From a virus, in the IMG/VR virus record IMGVR_UViG_3300022921_001386: a stretch of DNA of 64,000 nucleotides; one strand, given 5' to 3'. This document shows positions 19,177-28,339 of this stretch, in pieces; position 1 is the first letter of the stretch; the number at the start of each line of letters is the position of its first letter. The position numbers and the translations under genes were made by a program. The notes under the pieces were generated by a model, which was given only the letters and a program-made list of their open reading frames with translations, was not told the DNA's origin and ran no database searches.

Positions 19177-20235
19177 GTGCGGATTTTTATTAACGGCGAA
19201 CAAATATCTCAACAATGGATCAGCGACTATACGTTAAGTAACACTGTAGATTGCTACAGTGACAAGCCAGACTGGGAACAAAATGTATTAAAACTGTTGC
19301 ACAACTGGCATTCACAAAGTGGGTATAGCTATGGACATAGAGGTGATAAGTTTGTTAATCTCAGTACCAGTGGCACCACTGGATTTCCACAACAAATTGG
19401 ACACACTAAAGAAACTATAGAACAAGTTGTAAATGCAAATATCAAAACATTAGGGTTAGATAAAAATAGTAAAATATTAAGTTACTATTCACCTCGTGGT
19501 ATTGCGTTTAGTGTGCTAAGTGTGTATCTTGCATTGAAACTAGATTGCGAACTATACATTGAAACATTCAAAGGCATTGACTATATAAATCGTGTACACG
19601 AAATACGTCCAACACACACATTGTTATTGCCTAATGTTTGGAAAACATTATACACACACGACAAATGGAAAACACTAGATTATAGTAGTTTACAAACTGT
19701 TATTACAGGTAGTGACTTTACACCAATAGGAATGTTAGACGAACTACGTGAACACAATCCAGGTAAAGTATACAATGTATATGGCAGTACTGAAGTGCCT
19801 CCTATAGTATTGTACAGTGAAGAAGAAAACACATACACAATAGACAGTATTGTTCCTGGAGCAGAAGTAGATATTGTAAATGGACAGATTGCTTGTAAAT
19901 GGAGCAGTCAGCCCGATATATGGATTAGTGGAGATTGTGTAGACGGCGATAGAAATTGTTTTACATTACACGGGCGTAAGCACAACATGTTCAAACAAAA
20001 TACTGTTAGAGTATATCCTGAACAAATCGAAAAAGCAGCAGTTGCAGCAGGAGCAGAACTTGCACTGTGTCAACAAGTAAGCAATCAATGTGTGCTACAC
20101 TATACAGGTAATATAAAAGATATGAAGTTATTCAACGACACTTACAAATATATTCCAAGATTTAGACTACGGGCAGTAGATCATATTGCAGTAGACAACA
20201 ATCTTAAAAAGATTATAAGGACACAAACATTTTGA
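19177..20235 (+). CDS. Short adenylate-forming (AMP-binding, acyl-CoA synthetase-like) enzyme
   Basis: STSGTTGFPQ (A3 P-loop), NVYGSTE (A5), SGD, GRK...FK...RVYPEQIE (A8), terminal LKKI (A10-like). Confidence 0.85.
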   Translation: MRIFINGEQISQQWISDYTLSNTVDCYSDKPDWEQNVLKLLHNWHSQSGYSYGHRGDKFVNLSTSGTTGFPQQIGHTKETIEQVVNANIKTLGLDKNSKILSYYSPRGIAFSVLSVYLALKLDCELYIETFKGIDYINRVHEIRPTHTLLLPNVWKTLYTHDKWKTLDYSSLQTVITGSDFTPIGMLDELREHNPGKVYNVYGSTEVPPIVLYSEEENTYTIDSIVPGAEVDIVNGQIACKWSSQPDIWISGDCVDGDRNCFTLHGRKHNMFKQNTVRVYPEQIEKAAVAAGAELALCQQVSNQCVLHYTGNIKDMKLFNDTYKYIPRFRLRAVDHIAVDNNLKKIIRTQTF

Positions 20236-21728
20236 GAATAATAGTTTTAGGTGCCGGAACAGCTGGTGCGATTGCTGCAGGTATCATAAAAAAACGCAGA
20301 CCTGATATTGAAGTTTTACAAATTCACAGTGAACAAGTTGGTATTATCGGAGTCGGCGAAAGTGTTACTCCTTATTTAAATCATGCATTCCACGAACTTG
20401 GTATGGTTGAAAAAGATTGGATGACTGCAACTGGTAGTATGTACAAACTAGGAAACAAGTTTGAAGGATGGACAGACGAAGATCATTACTTTGCATTTAC
20501 ATACAACAAGCCTATTGATAAACTTATTAATAATAAACCTATAGACTGGAATGATATCAAAAGTATAAACGAAACTGATATTAGACTTACTGACGTATGG
20601 TGTGATTTGTACAATCAAGGAATGGTAAACAACTTTAGTGCAAGTTTTAATGATTTGCACAATTCATTAGTCGACAATACATTTGATTTTAAGTTACTTG
20701 ATCGCACTTGTCTCAACTACAGTTATCATATTAATGCAGAAAAACTTGCACCTTACATAAGAAAAAATATTAATAATAAACTTGGTGTAATAGAAATAGA
20801 AGGTAAAGTTGTCAAAGTTAATACCAACGACAACGGTGTACACAGTGTTGAGATGGAAAACGGAGAAGTATATACGTCCGATTACTGGTTTGATTGCAGT
20901 GGATTTAATAGATTACTAATCAACGAACTTGACGATAGCTTTCATACATACGACTATTGTAAAGCAAATAGTGCAGTAGTAATGCCAATAGAATATACTT
21001 CGCAAGACCAACTAACAAATCATACTAGAACTATTTGGTTAGAACAAGGATGGCAGTTTAAAATAGGATTAACCGAACGTATCGGAACTGGTATTATTTA
21101 CAGTGATGAATATTTTAGCGATGAAGAAATAAAACAACTATTGTTAGAAAAAGAAAATCATAAAAACATCCGGCCACCAAAAATACTAAAATGGACGCCT
21201 GGTAGAATGGTCAATCCTGCTATAGATAATGTGTTTAGTATAGGAATGGCAGCAGGATTCTGCGAGCCAATGGAAGCAAATGCGTTATACATTACAATGG
21301 CAACTATTAAAAGAGCATTACACAGTATTAACCAAGACGAAAATAGAAATACATTTAACAAAGTTATCAATCATACACTAGACGATACTGCATTTTTTAT
21401 TGCCGCACATTATACACTTTGTGAAAAAGGTAATAACGCATACTGGAATGATATGCGTGAAATAGGTATAAAACAAAATCACAAGCAACTATTACTGGAA
21501 AAGTACAACGATGTAAAAAATAATATGGAAAGTGCTGTAAATCATTATACAATGTATCCAGATTACATGTGGATGGAACTAGCATCGGCATGGTGTAAAG
21601 ACATTAGTACTTGGAGTAAAAATACAGATCCTAGACTACAGCAGCAAGTTTTAGAATATTTTAGAAAATCAAAAAGTATCACAACCAATCAATATCCAGA
21701 AGAAATGAGGAAGTTTCATAATGTATAG
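20232..21728 (+). CDS. Flavin-dependent halogenase (tryptophan halogenase/PrnA family)
   Basis: GAGTAG; IGVGES; MYKLGNKFEGW (catalytic Lys position); FDCSGF; GWQFKIGL; FCEPMEA. Confidence 0.88.
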   Translation: MRIIVLGAGTAGAIAAGIIKKRRPDIEVLQIHSEQVGIIGVGESVTPYLNHAFHELGMVEKDWMTATGSMYKLGNKFEGWTDEDHYFAFTYNKPIDKLINNKPIDWNDIKSINETDIRLTDVWCDLYNQGMVNNFSASFNDLHNSLVDNTFDFKLLDRTCLNYSYHINAEKLAPYIRKNINNKLGVIEIEGKVVKVNTNDNGVHSVEMENGEVYTSDYWFDCSGFNRLLINELDDSFHTYDYCKANSAVVMPIEYTSQDQLTNHTRTIWLEQGWQFKIGLTERIGTGIIYSDEYFSDEEIKQLLLEKENHKNIRPPKILKWTPGRMVNPAIDNVFSIGMAAGFCEPMEANALYITMATIKRALHSINQDENRNTFNKVINHTLDDTAFFIAAHYTLCEKGNNAYWNDMREIGIKQNHKQLLLEKYNDVKNNMESAVNHYTMYPDYMWMELASAWCKDISTWSKNTDPRLQQQVLEYFRKSKSITTNQYPEEMRKFHNV

Positions 21729-22308
21729 ATTTGAAATATACAACGGCACACAAGATTTAACACAATGGTATAAGGATGCCGAAGAAAAAGGTTACTATAA
21801 TAATAGCAACAAAGAGATGCTTGTTGACTGGGTTGAAAAACATGAAGACGCAACACTGTTTTTGTTGTACTACAATGAACATATTGTAGGCAATAGTGTT
21901 GTTCATAGTTTAAAAGAGCTGGGAATACTTGGTAAAAATGCATATCGCATTGGCGCAAGAACTTGTTTGATTAGAGACAGAATTGACGGTGGCAGAGTTT
22001 ATGCTCCAGCTAATGGCCCAGTAAATCATCATACTGTGCAAATGTTACTTCCTATATGTATCGAACATGTAGGAAGAGACAAGCCTGTGTATATTAGTAC
22101 ACACGAAGGCGGAGTGGGAAGTCAAGACCGTGTACACAAAGTGTGGACATATTTTACAAACAAACTAGGCATCACCGGTGACAGCATTGATTTAGAATAC
22201 AAAGGTGCATTCCAAACTTTTAGACGGATTGATGTTGATAGGATGTATGATTTACTAAAAGAAGCAAGATGGCCCGAGGCAGAGCAAGCTATTCCACTGT
22301 TTAGTTAA
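21721..22308 (+). CDS. Hypothetical protein, possible GNAT-fold acyltransferase
   Basis: LFLLYYNEHIVG...AYRIGARTCL resembles the GNAT beta2-beta4 pattern; weak motif evidence only. Confidence 0.45.
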   Translation: MYRFEIYNGTQDLTQWYKDAEEKGYYNNSNKEMLVDWVEKHEDATLFLLYYNEHIVGNSVVHSLKELGILGKNAYRIGARTCLIRDRIDGGRVYAPANGPVNHHTVQMLLPICIEHVGRDKPVYISTHEGGVGSQDRVHKVWTYFTNKLGITGDSIDLEYKGAFQTFRRIDVDRMYDLLKEARWPEAEQAIPLFS

Positions 22309-23678
22309 ACGTATTTCTTACAAAGTTCAAAAAAGTCTGACATCTCTGGAAAAACTTGTTCATGATCTACATTACGTCTACGACCTTGCTCTTCAAAGAA
22401 GTTGTGAAAATCTCTACGTCCTTGAATAACTTTATCTAATGGATATTCAGTAGACTCCATGTAATCAACAACACGTCTAAACTTTTCATACTCAATAGTA
22501 CTAAACGCATCTTTGCGATTATCATCTGTATTCTCTTTGATAAACTGCAAATGATCATGCATATAACTCATGTAGTTTTTAGGCAGGATATTAATATCGT
22601 ACTGCAACGGTTCTTTCAAATGCGGTGTGTCAAATCCTAATCGTTGCCATCTGTGCGTTTCTACATCATTATATTTTTTGCGCCATTCAAGAATCTTTTC
22701 AAGCAATGTACGGAATGTAGTGACACTGAAGATGTTAAATGTAATCATAATAACCATCGGTGCTTCGCAGTTGCGCATAAAATAATCCAAGTTGCGTTCA
22801 AACACTTCAATGTCTAATCCATCACGAATATACTCAGCACGTTTTCCCCAAGTATCAATACTTGTAAACATTTTAAAACGTCTAATCTTGTTGTTTGTCA
22901 ACAAGTCATTCACACGGTTTGTAAACTTTTCTAACTGTTTTGGTTTGCCGCCTAAGTTGCTGTTGCAGTTTAGTTCTAAATCTGGTTTAGGGTCTGCATC
23001 CAGCATATCAAATAGTTTATATGTGCTCTGCTGTATTGTAGGCTCGCCGCCTGTAATGCGTAAAATATGTAAGTCTTTACTTAACTCTGGCCACCACTTC
23101 CAAAATGCATCTAAATACGGATTGTTTTGTTCTTCAAATATTTCAAACCAGTCAATATCACATCTGTGATTCTTTACGTTTGTGTAAGGACCATGTTGCT
23201 TTATCTCTTGGTGATATCTACTGCTGGCTTTTGGATGACAATATCCACATCTAAAGTTACACTCATTACCGAAGCTGACCTCTAAGTATTCAGGATTAAC
23301 ATCAAACTCTGCGCCACCTTCTTTAACAGCCTTTAAGCGTTCTTTAAAGAAGATAGTTTGGTTGCGTTGTTTTCTATCGCTAACATAATCTTTGCCCATT
23401 GCTTCAATCTTCCAGCAATAGTTACATCCGCTAGGTTGCTCGCCTTTCATCATAGCAGCACGTTCTGCTTTTTTCTGTACTGTATTATGAATAGCACTCG
23501 GATTAGTTAGAAGTGGCGCTGCATCAATCTTGTGCGGTGCAGGATGATAACAACTGTGTGTTTCGCCTGTTTGAAAATATATATTAGCATGGTACCATTT
23601 AGCAAAACAAAACGTAGGAGAAATCTCTTGCGTTATTTTGTCAATACGTTTGATTTCTTCGCTTTCACTGCGTTCCAT
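22305..23678 (-). CDS. Radical SAM protein with N-terminal Twitch-like domain
   Basis: FCFAKW...HSCYHP...GCNYCWKIE; EVSFGNECNFRCGYC; ITGGEP; NSNLG; SIDT. Confidence 0.9.
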   Translation of the reverse strand: MERSESEEIKRIDKITQEISPTFCFAKWYHANIYFQTGETHSCYHPAPHKIDAAPLLTNPSAIHNTVQKKAERAAMMKGEQPSGCNYCWKIEAMGKDYVSDRKQRNQTIFFKERLKAVKEGGAEFDVNPEYLEVSFGNECNFRCGYCHPKASSRYHQEIKQHGPYTNVKNHRCDIDWFEIFEEQNNPYLDAFWKWWPELSKDLHILRITGGEPTIQQSTYKLFDMLDADPKPDLELNCNSNLGGKPKQLEKFTNRVNDLLTNNKIRRFKMFTSIDTWGKRAEYIRDGLDIEVFERNLDYFMRNCEAPMVIMITFNIFSVTTFRTLLEKILEWRKKYNDVETHRWQRLGFDTPHLKEPLQYDINILPKNYMSYMHDHLQFIKENTDDNRKDAFSTIEYEKFRRVVDYMESTEYPLDKVIQGRRDFHNFFEEQGRRRNVDHEQVFPEMSDFFELCKKYV

Positions 23679-24607
23679 TATTGTTCTCTATCTAAAAATT
23701 GTTTGCTGTTATCTCTTATTGGATTTTGGTACACTGTTTTGAAGAACTTACTTCCGCCTGCATCAAAGGGAGTCATTGCGATTGGAATATCAAGAGCGTT
23801 GATTAATTTGTCACCGTAATCTTCAGTTGCTTCTAACAAGTTTTCTTCGTCAACAGTAACTTCTAAATTTTTCCACATATTGTTTAGGTATTCAAAGTCG
23901 CGCACATTGATAAAATCCCAGTCTGTGAGCATTGTCATATACAACCCTTGACGAGCGCCATAGATACCCCACATGCCATTTTCTACATCAGCGCCAACCA
24001 TAAGCCAGATATACAAACGATGCAAGTTTTTCCAATGATTTTTATGGAAGTCTTCTACACTAACACGCATACCTTGGTCCAGTGCCATTTTAACACCTTC
24101 TCTAAATCCAGCACGCCATGCTTGATGCGGTGTAGCATTATTCATGATAGTACTATATGTACCATTCATCTGAATATATTGTGTATCCCAACAAAAATCT
24201 ACTTGTGCATGTGGGTTATTATCAGGCGCATTTTCGTGTGTACGCATGTTCAATACATGCTGTTTAGGCCAGCACTTGATCCCACCGTTACCGTATGTAA
24301 GATTATTAATAGTATTACGGGCTGTCCAACTAATCACTTTGTTTGTTAAGTCTGTGTTTTCATCAAAGTCCATTGCCTGTGTTAAAAACTTTTCATCGAT
24401 GATGTTGTCGCCGTCAATGGTGATAAATCGATCTGTAGTTGATTTATTAGCTGCTGCCTTATGGGCACTATCACTGCCTTTTACACCATGTACACGTTCT
24501 GCCCACGGAACTTTCTTGCATAAATCTGCATAGTTTTGTTCTGCATTTGGCTCATCGTAGCTTAGATATATAATGTCACAATCTATAACTCTAAAAGTAT
24601 TAGCCAT
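23678..24607 (-). CDS. Glycosyltransferase-like protein (GT-A fold)
   Basis: DIIYLSYDEPNA...VHGVKG...AH.AAA...ITIDGDN (DxD)...YGNGGIKCWP...AWRAGFRE. Confidence 0.7.
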   Translation of the reverse strand: MANTFRVIDCDIIYLSYDEPNAEQNYADLCKKVPWAERVHGVKGSDSAHKAAANKSTTDRFITIDGDNIIDEKFLTQAMDFDENTDLTNKVISWTARNTINNLTYGNGGIKCWPKQHVLNMRTHENAPDNNPHAQVDFCWDTQYIQMNGTYSTIMNNATPHQAWRAGFREGVKMALDQGMRVSVEDFHKNHWKNLHRLYIWLMVGADVENGMWGIYGARQGLYMTMLTDWDFINVRDFEYLNNMWKNLEVTVDEENLLEATEDYGDKLINALDIPIAMTPFDAGGSKFFKTVYQNPIRDNSKQFLDREQ

Positions 24608-25142
24608 TTATTTCCTCATAATGATATGTATCGAACCTACGCATAGTATATACGGAAACTTCCTCATTGTCAAACTCAAAATCATTTTCAAATGCAACTT
24701 CATCTGAATCAACAAATCTTATCAATCTGTATAGTACATTAGGATCATCTTTTTTGGTTATACTAAAATAATAGTTTGAAAGATTTATGTTAACGTTTTT
24801 GTCTTTGAGATCTAATAAAAAATCAGAGTCTGCAGATATTCTCCAAACATTTTTTGTATTATCTTTTGAAAGGATTATCTGCGGGTTGTCTGGAATAGTT
24901 GCAGAGATTTGATATAAAAAACTCCACATTAGTTTATCTTCATCAACCTGTGTTTGATTTTTAATATGATAAGTTTTATCAATAAAATCATATTCAACTT
25001 TATAGTCTAATAAACTCCAATGTCCTTCAATAAACTTTTTAACGTCTTCAAAATCGCATTCAATAAACTTGAATCTATCATCAGATTCTTTTGATATCTT
25101 ATAGATGTTTCCGTCATCATCAAAACATACAAATCTTTTCAT
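24600..25142 (-). CDS. Hypothetical protein
   Basis: 180-aa ORF tightly coupled to both neighbours; no motif recognised. Confidence 0.75.
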   Translation of the reverse strand: MKRFVCFDDDGNIYKISKESDDRFKFIECDFEDVKKFIEGHWSLLDYKVEYDFIDKTYHIKNQTQVDEDKLMWSFLYQISATIPDNPQIILSKDNTKNVWRISADSDFLLDLKDKNVNINLSNYYFSITKKDDPNVLYRLIRFVDSDEVAFENDFEFDNEEVSVYTMRRFDTYHYEEING

Positions 25143-25143
25143 A

Positions 25144-25986
25144 TTATATTCCCAAACACTTTTCGTATTTTTTCATTAGATTAATATTTAAGAAATCTTT
25201 TTCAGTGTAATGAAAAATACCCGACTGTTGATGATTTCCTATTTTTAGCCTCATGTCGCTATCAAAATAAACTCCAACTCTATCTTGCCAACGATATGCA
25301 AAGTTAACATCCCAGCCTTGTATCTTTGGTTTCATATGTGTAAATGTAGGATTTTTAACTTTGTTATTTGTAATCAAATGTTCTATATCCATTGTTTTAC
25401 AAGCAATTGCTGCACTAACATCCATACTTGGTCGCAATGCAAACTTTTTGCCGGTGCCTGCTGATTTATAAAACTGTTCCCAGTTATTTGTTATCATTTC
25501 AAGCCAAGTATAAAATTCGTGTGCTAAATCTGATTTCTTAAACCAATGGAACCCGCTGTACAAGTTTGGAAGATTGTGTGTTTTAAATGCCTTGCGGTAA
25601 TAGTTATCATCTACTAGTTCTCCGCGATATGTATAAACATTACTAGTATAAAACAGATCGTAGTTTCTTAAAAAATCAAACCAACTGCTAATATCTTCAA
25701 GTATTAACATATCTGTGTCTATTACCACAGTTTCATTATAAGGAATAGCATGATATATTTTCCAACGATTACTGATTTTCCAATCTTCGTCTTTGGCGTG
25801 ATCTCCCCACGGTATTTCTACAATATGATCAAACAAATGTTTGTATTTTGTAGGCACACTTTCATTGGTAATAAGACAAATACTAACATCTTTGTTTGTA
25901 GCATGAATACTCATTGCTGCTAAACATGCTTGTCTAACATAATCAAAATCACTATTTTGTGCCAACATTGTAAAGTTATTGGTCAA
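25144..25986 (-). CDS. Glycosyltransferase, GT8/mannosyltransferase-like
   Basis: DYVRQA...SI...ICLIT...NRWKIYHAIPYNETVVIDTDML (DxD)...YSG...FTHMK. Confidence 0.75.
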   Translation of the reverse strand: MTNNFTMLAQNSDFDYVRQACLAAMSIHATNKDVSICLITNESVPTKYKHLFDHIVEIPWGDHAKDEDWKISNRWKIYHAIPYNETVVIDTDMLILEDISSWFDFLRNYDLFYTSNVYTYRGELVDDNYYRKAFKTHNLPNLYSGFHWFKKSDLAHEFYTWLEMITNNWEQFYKSAGTGKKFALRPSMDVSAAIACKTMDIEHLITNNKVKNPTFTHMKPKIQGWDVNFAYRWQDRVGVYFDSDMRLKIGNHQQSGIFHYTEKDFLNINLMKKYEKCLGI

Positions 25987-26815
25987 TAATTCTCTCCAAA
26001 CTAAACTTGTTCATCACATGACAGTTACTGCCTTTGAGATTTACACCAGTATATTCTCCAAGTCTTCTATTTTTTTGTACTAATATTTTTATTTCATCGT
26101 CTTTGATATCAACAGCTACATCTTTATCTGTTGCATAAAACTTGGTACCTGGCAAACTTCCAACAAAGTTTCCTTTTTGATATCCATTCATAATATGTAC
26201 TGCAATACTAAAAGCAAAATCGTTTCTATACACACTTGTTTTAAACTGATACATATTACGATAATGTATATAGTTTTCTTCAATATGTTTGATTAAGTTA
26301 AAGAATATTTTATTTTCTTCTGTTTTTCTAAAAAAGAAAACAGTAGCCCAATAAAAATCAATACTAGTATCACTTACTTTTTCAAACTCGGGTACTATTG
26401 TATGCATACCAATATGTGTAGCATCTTTGTATAGCAAAAGATCTTTTTGCTGTACAAAGCAATTATTTAATAAATCATTGCTAATAATATAATCAGTATC
26501 CATTACAATAGTAGAATCATAAGGAGTTAAATCATATGCTGATGCTCTATTTTTATTATTAAACTTTAATGTTTTATCACTAAAGTCACCATCGGCATAT
26601 CGCTTGTTAGTACTATTTCTGTTCATATCATTGGAATGAATGACATAATCAAATACATCAACATCATTTGGATACATAGATTGAATATCTGTATCTGTAA
26701 CAATCGAAGTGGGTAAATCCATATACTTGCTTATACGTTTAGCAAGGAAAATAGCTTGCTTTACATAATCAATCGATTTATTATTACTTGCAAATAACAG
26801 TACACCTTTTGTCAT
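25976..26815 (-). CDS. Glycosyltransferase, GT8/mannosyltransferase-like (tandem paralog)
   Basis: DYVKQA...AYDLTPYDSTIVMDTDYI (DxD)...WAT...RNDFAFSIA...HVMNK. Confidence 0.75.
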   Translation of the reverse strand: MTKGVLLFASNNKSIDYVKQAIFLAKRISKYMDLPTSIVTDTDIQSMYPNDVDVFDYVIHSNDMNRNSTNKRYADGDFSDKTLKFNNKNRASAYDLTPYDSTIVMDTDYIISNDLLNNCFVQQKDLLLYKDATHIGMHTIVPEFEKVSDTSIDFYWATVFFFRKTEENKIFFNLIKHIEENYIHYRNMYQFKTSVYRNDFAFSIAVHIMNGYQKGNFVGSLPGTKFYATDKDVAVDIKDDEIKILVQKNRRLGEYTGVNLKGSNCHVMNKFSLERIIDQ

Positions 26816-27159
26816 AGATCCATAATACTTTCAACTGTTCTATTTGTTTTTAGCTTGTTGTATTCTGTTAAGTATTTGTTTGTTGATTGCCAATACACAT
26901 TTACAAGTTCATTAGCAAAATCTTGTAATGCTTCTATTTCAATGGGTATACTACTATCATCAACTAAAATTGTTTCAGTCTGATGTAGTGCTAATAAACT
27001 TTGACAAAAACTTATAAGATCTTTAGTTACCGAAAACTGGCCGCCATTAAAATAATAAACAAGATTCTCGTGGTACTGTTCTTTTAGCAATCTTTTTTGA
27101 TTATTTAATGTAATCATATAGTTGCTAAAATCTAATGCTTTTTCTAAGCGTTCGTCCAT
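26812..27159 (-). CDS. Hypothetical protein (possible tail-fibre assembly/DUF4376-like)
   Basis: 115 aa with AGGAG RBS, next to fibre genes; the family resemblance is weak. Confidence 0.55.
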   Translation of the reverse strand: MDERLEKALDFSNYMITLNNQKRLLKEQYHENLVYYFNGGQFSVTKDLISFCQSLLALHQTETILVDDSSIPIEIEALQDFANELVNVYWQSTNKYLTEYNKLKTNRTVESIMDL

Positions 27160-27182
27160 AAATATCTCCTACTTGTAATAGT

Positions 27183-27211
27183 AGTATATATCCATTAGAC
27201 TAGTTTGTCAA
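27183..27211 (-). promoter_or_regulatory. sigma70-type promoter for the glycosyltransferase operon
   Basis: TTGACA-17 bp-TATACT followed by AGGAG and ATG 27159. Confidence 0.75.
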
Positions 27212-27212
27212 G

Positions 27213-28322
27213 TTAAAAATCGGAATCTTTTGTTCCAGTTGGTGTAGGCAATGCAATAGCATTGTACGTAGTGCTATCCCATACAAAATCACTGCTTGGA
27301 GTATAAGTGTATACTGTGCTGTTGATTGTTGCTGTAACACTTTCGTCTACAAGCTGGCCAGCTGGGCCGCCTGGTTCTGCTTGGCCACCTGTTCCTGTAT
27401 CGCCGTCGTCTAGTTCTATTTTAAACTTTAGCTGTGTTGCAGTATTAAATGATGTATTAGTACTTGCATAAATTCTAAAAAAGTTATCGTCATAAATCTG
27501 TGCTACAGGTACATCGCCAGGATTGCCGCCTGCTCTGCCGCCACCTTGTTTTTCAAAAATCTTTGTAGTTGGGGCGCCAGTTGCAATAGTTGCATTACTA
27601 AATCCAGTTCCTGTACCTGTTACAGAATCACAACGCCAGGTATTTTGATTTACTCTACCAAATCGTATCTGTCCAGCATCGTTTAATACTTGAGCCCAAT
27701 CCCAATCTTTTGTGTATTGGGTTGCTGTTGTGCCGCCAGTAGCATTTGCTGCAAAACGTATTTCGCCGCCTGCTGCTAAAAAATACAAAAAGTTTTGATG
27801 AGATCCAAAGTTAACTGTAACTTCGTGTGATATAACTTTAACTGCGTCAGAGGATCCTCCAAAACTTGTAACACGAGAACTAGATGTACTTGCTCCTCCT
27901 GATGTTTCTAAAGGATTTGGACCATCAAAACTACTAGTTGGAAAATCTGTTGCTGTATGATTAAATGCTAAAATAGTATTTGCAGTAGTAGTTAAGTCAG
28001 TAATATGCTGTTCAGCAATTTGATCAACACCTTGTTCAAACTCAGTAGGATCAATGTCCGTTGCTAGTGCGCCAGTTTGATGGACATGTGCAGCTTGTAT
28101 ATCTAACCACAAATCAAAATATTGTTGTTCGGTTACTGTGTCACTTACACCTGGAGTACTGCCGCCAACAACTATACTACTACTAAAGTTTCTACCATAA
28201 CCGCTTGTACTTGTTAACGGTGTTGTCAAAGATCCGTAGTCTGTCCAGACAGATTGATCGCCTACACGACCAGCAATTGATTCTCTAATATTATTATAGT
28301 TAATAGCTGTTATCTGTGGCAT
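27213..28322 (-). CDS. Putative virion structural (tail-associated) protein
   Basis: Thr/Gly/Ser-rich; HEVTVNF...AAGGEIRF...DW...AGQIRFGR shared with 28369..29286. Confidence 0.65.
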   Translation of the reverse strand: MPQITAINYNNIRESIAGRVGDQSVWTDYGSLTTPLTSTSGYGRNFSSSIVVGGSTPGVSDTVTEQQYFDLWLDIQAAHVHQTGALATDIDPTEFEQGVDQIAEQHITDLTTTANTILAFNHTATDFPTSSFDGPNPLETSGGASTSSSRVTSFGGSSDAVKVISHEVTVNFGSHQNFLYFLAAGGEIRFAANATGGTTATQYTKDWDWAQVLNDAGQIRFGRVNQNTWRCDSVTGTGTGFSNATIATGAPTTKIFEKQGGGRAGGNPGDVPVAQIYDDNFFRIYASTNTSFNTATQLKFKIELDDGDTGTGGQAEPGGPAGQLVDESVTATINSTVYTYTPSSDFVWDSTTYNAIALPTPTGTKDSDF

Positions 28323-28339
28323 CTATATTCCTTTTTTAT

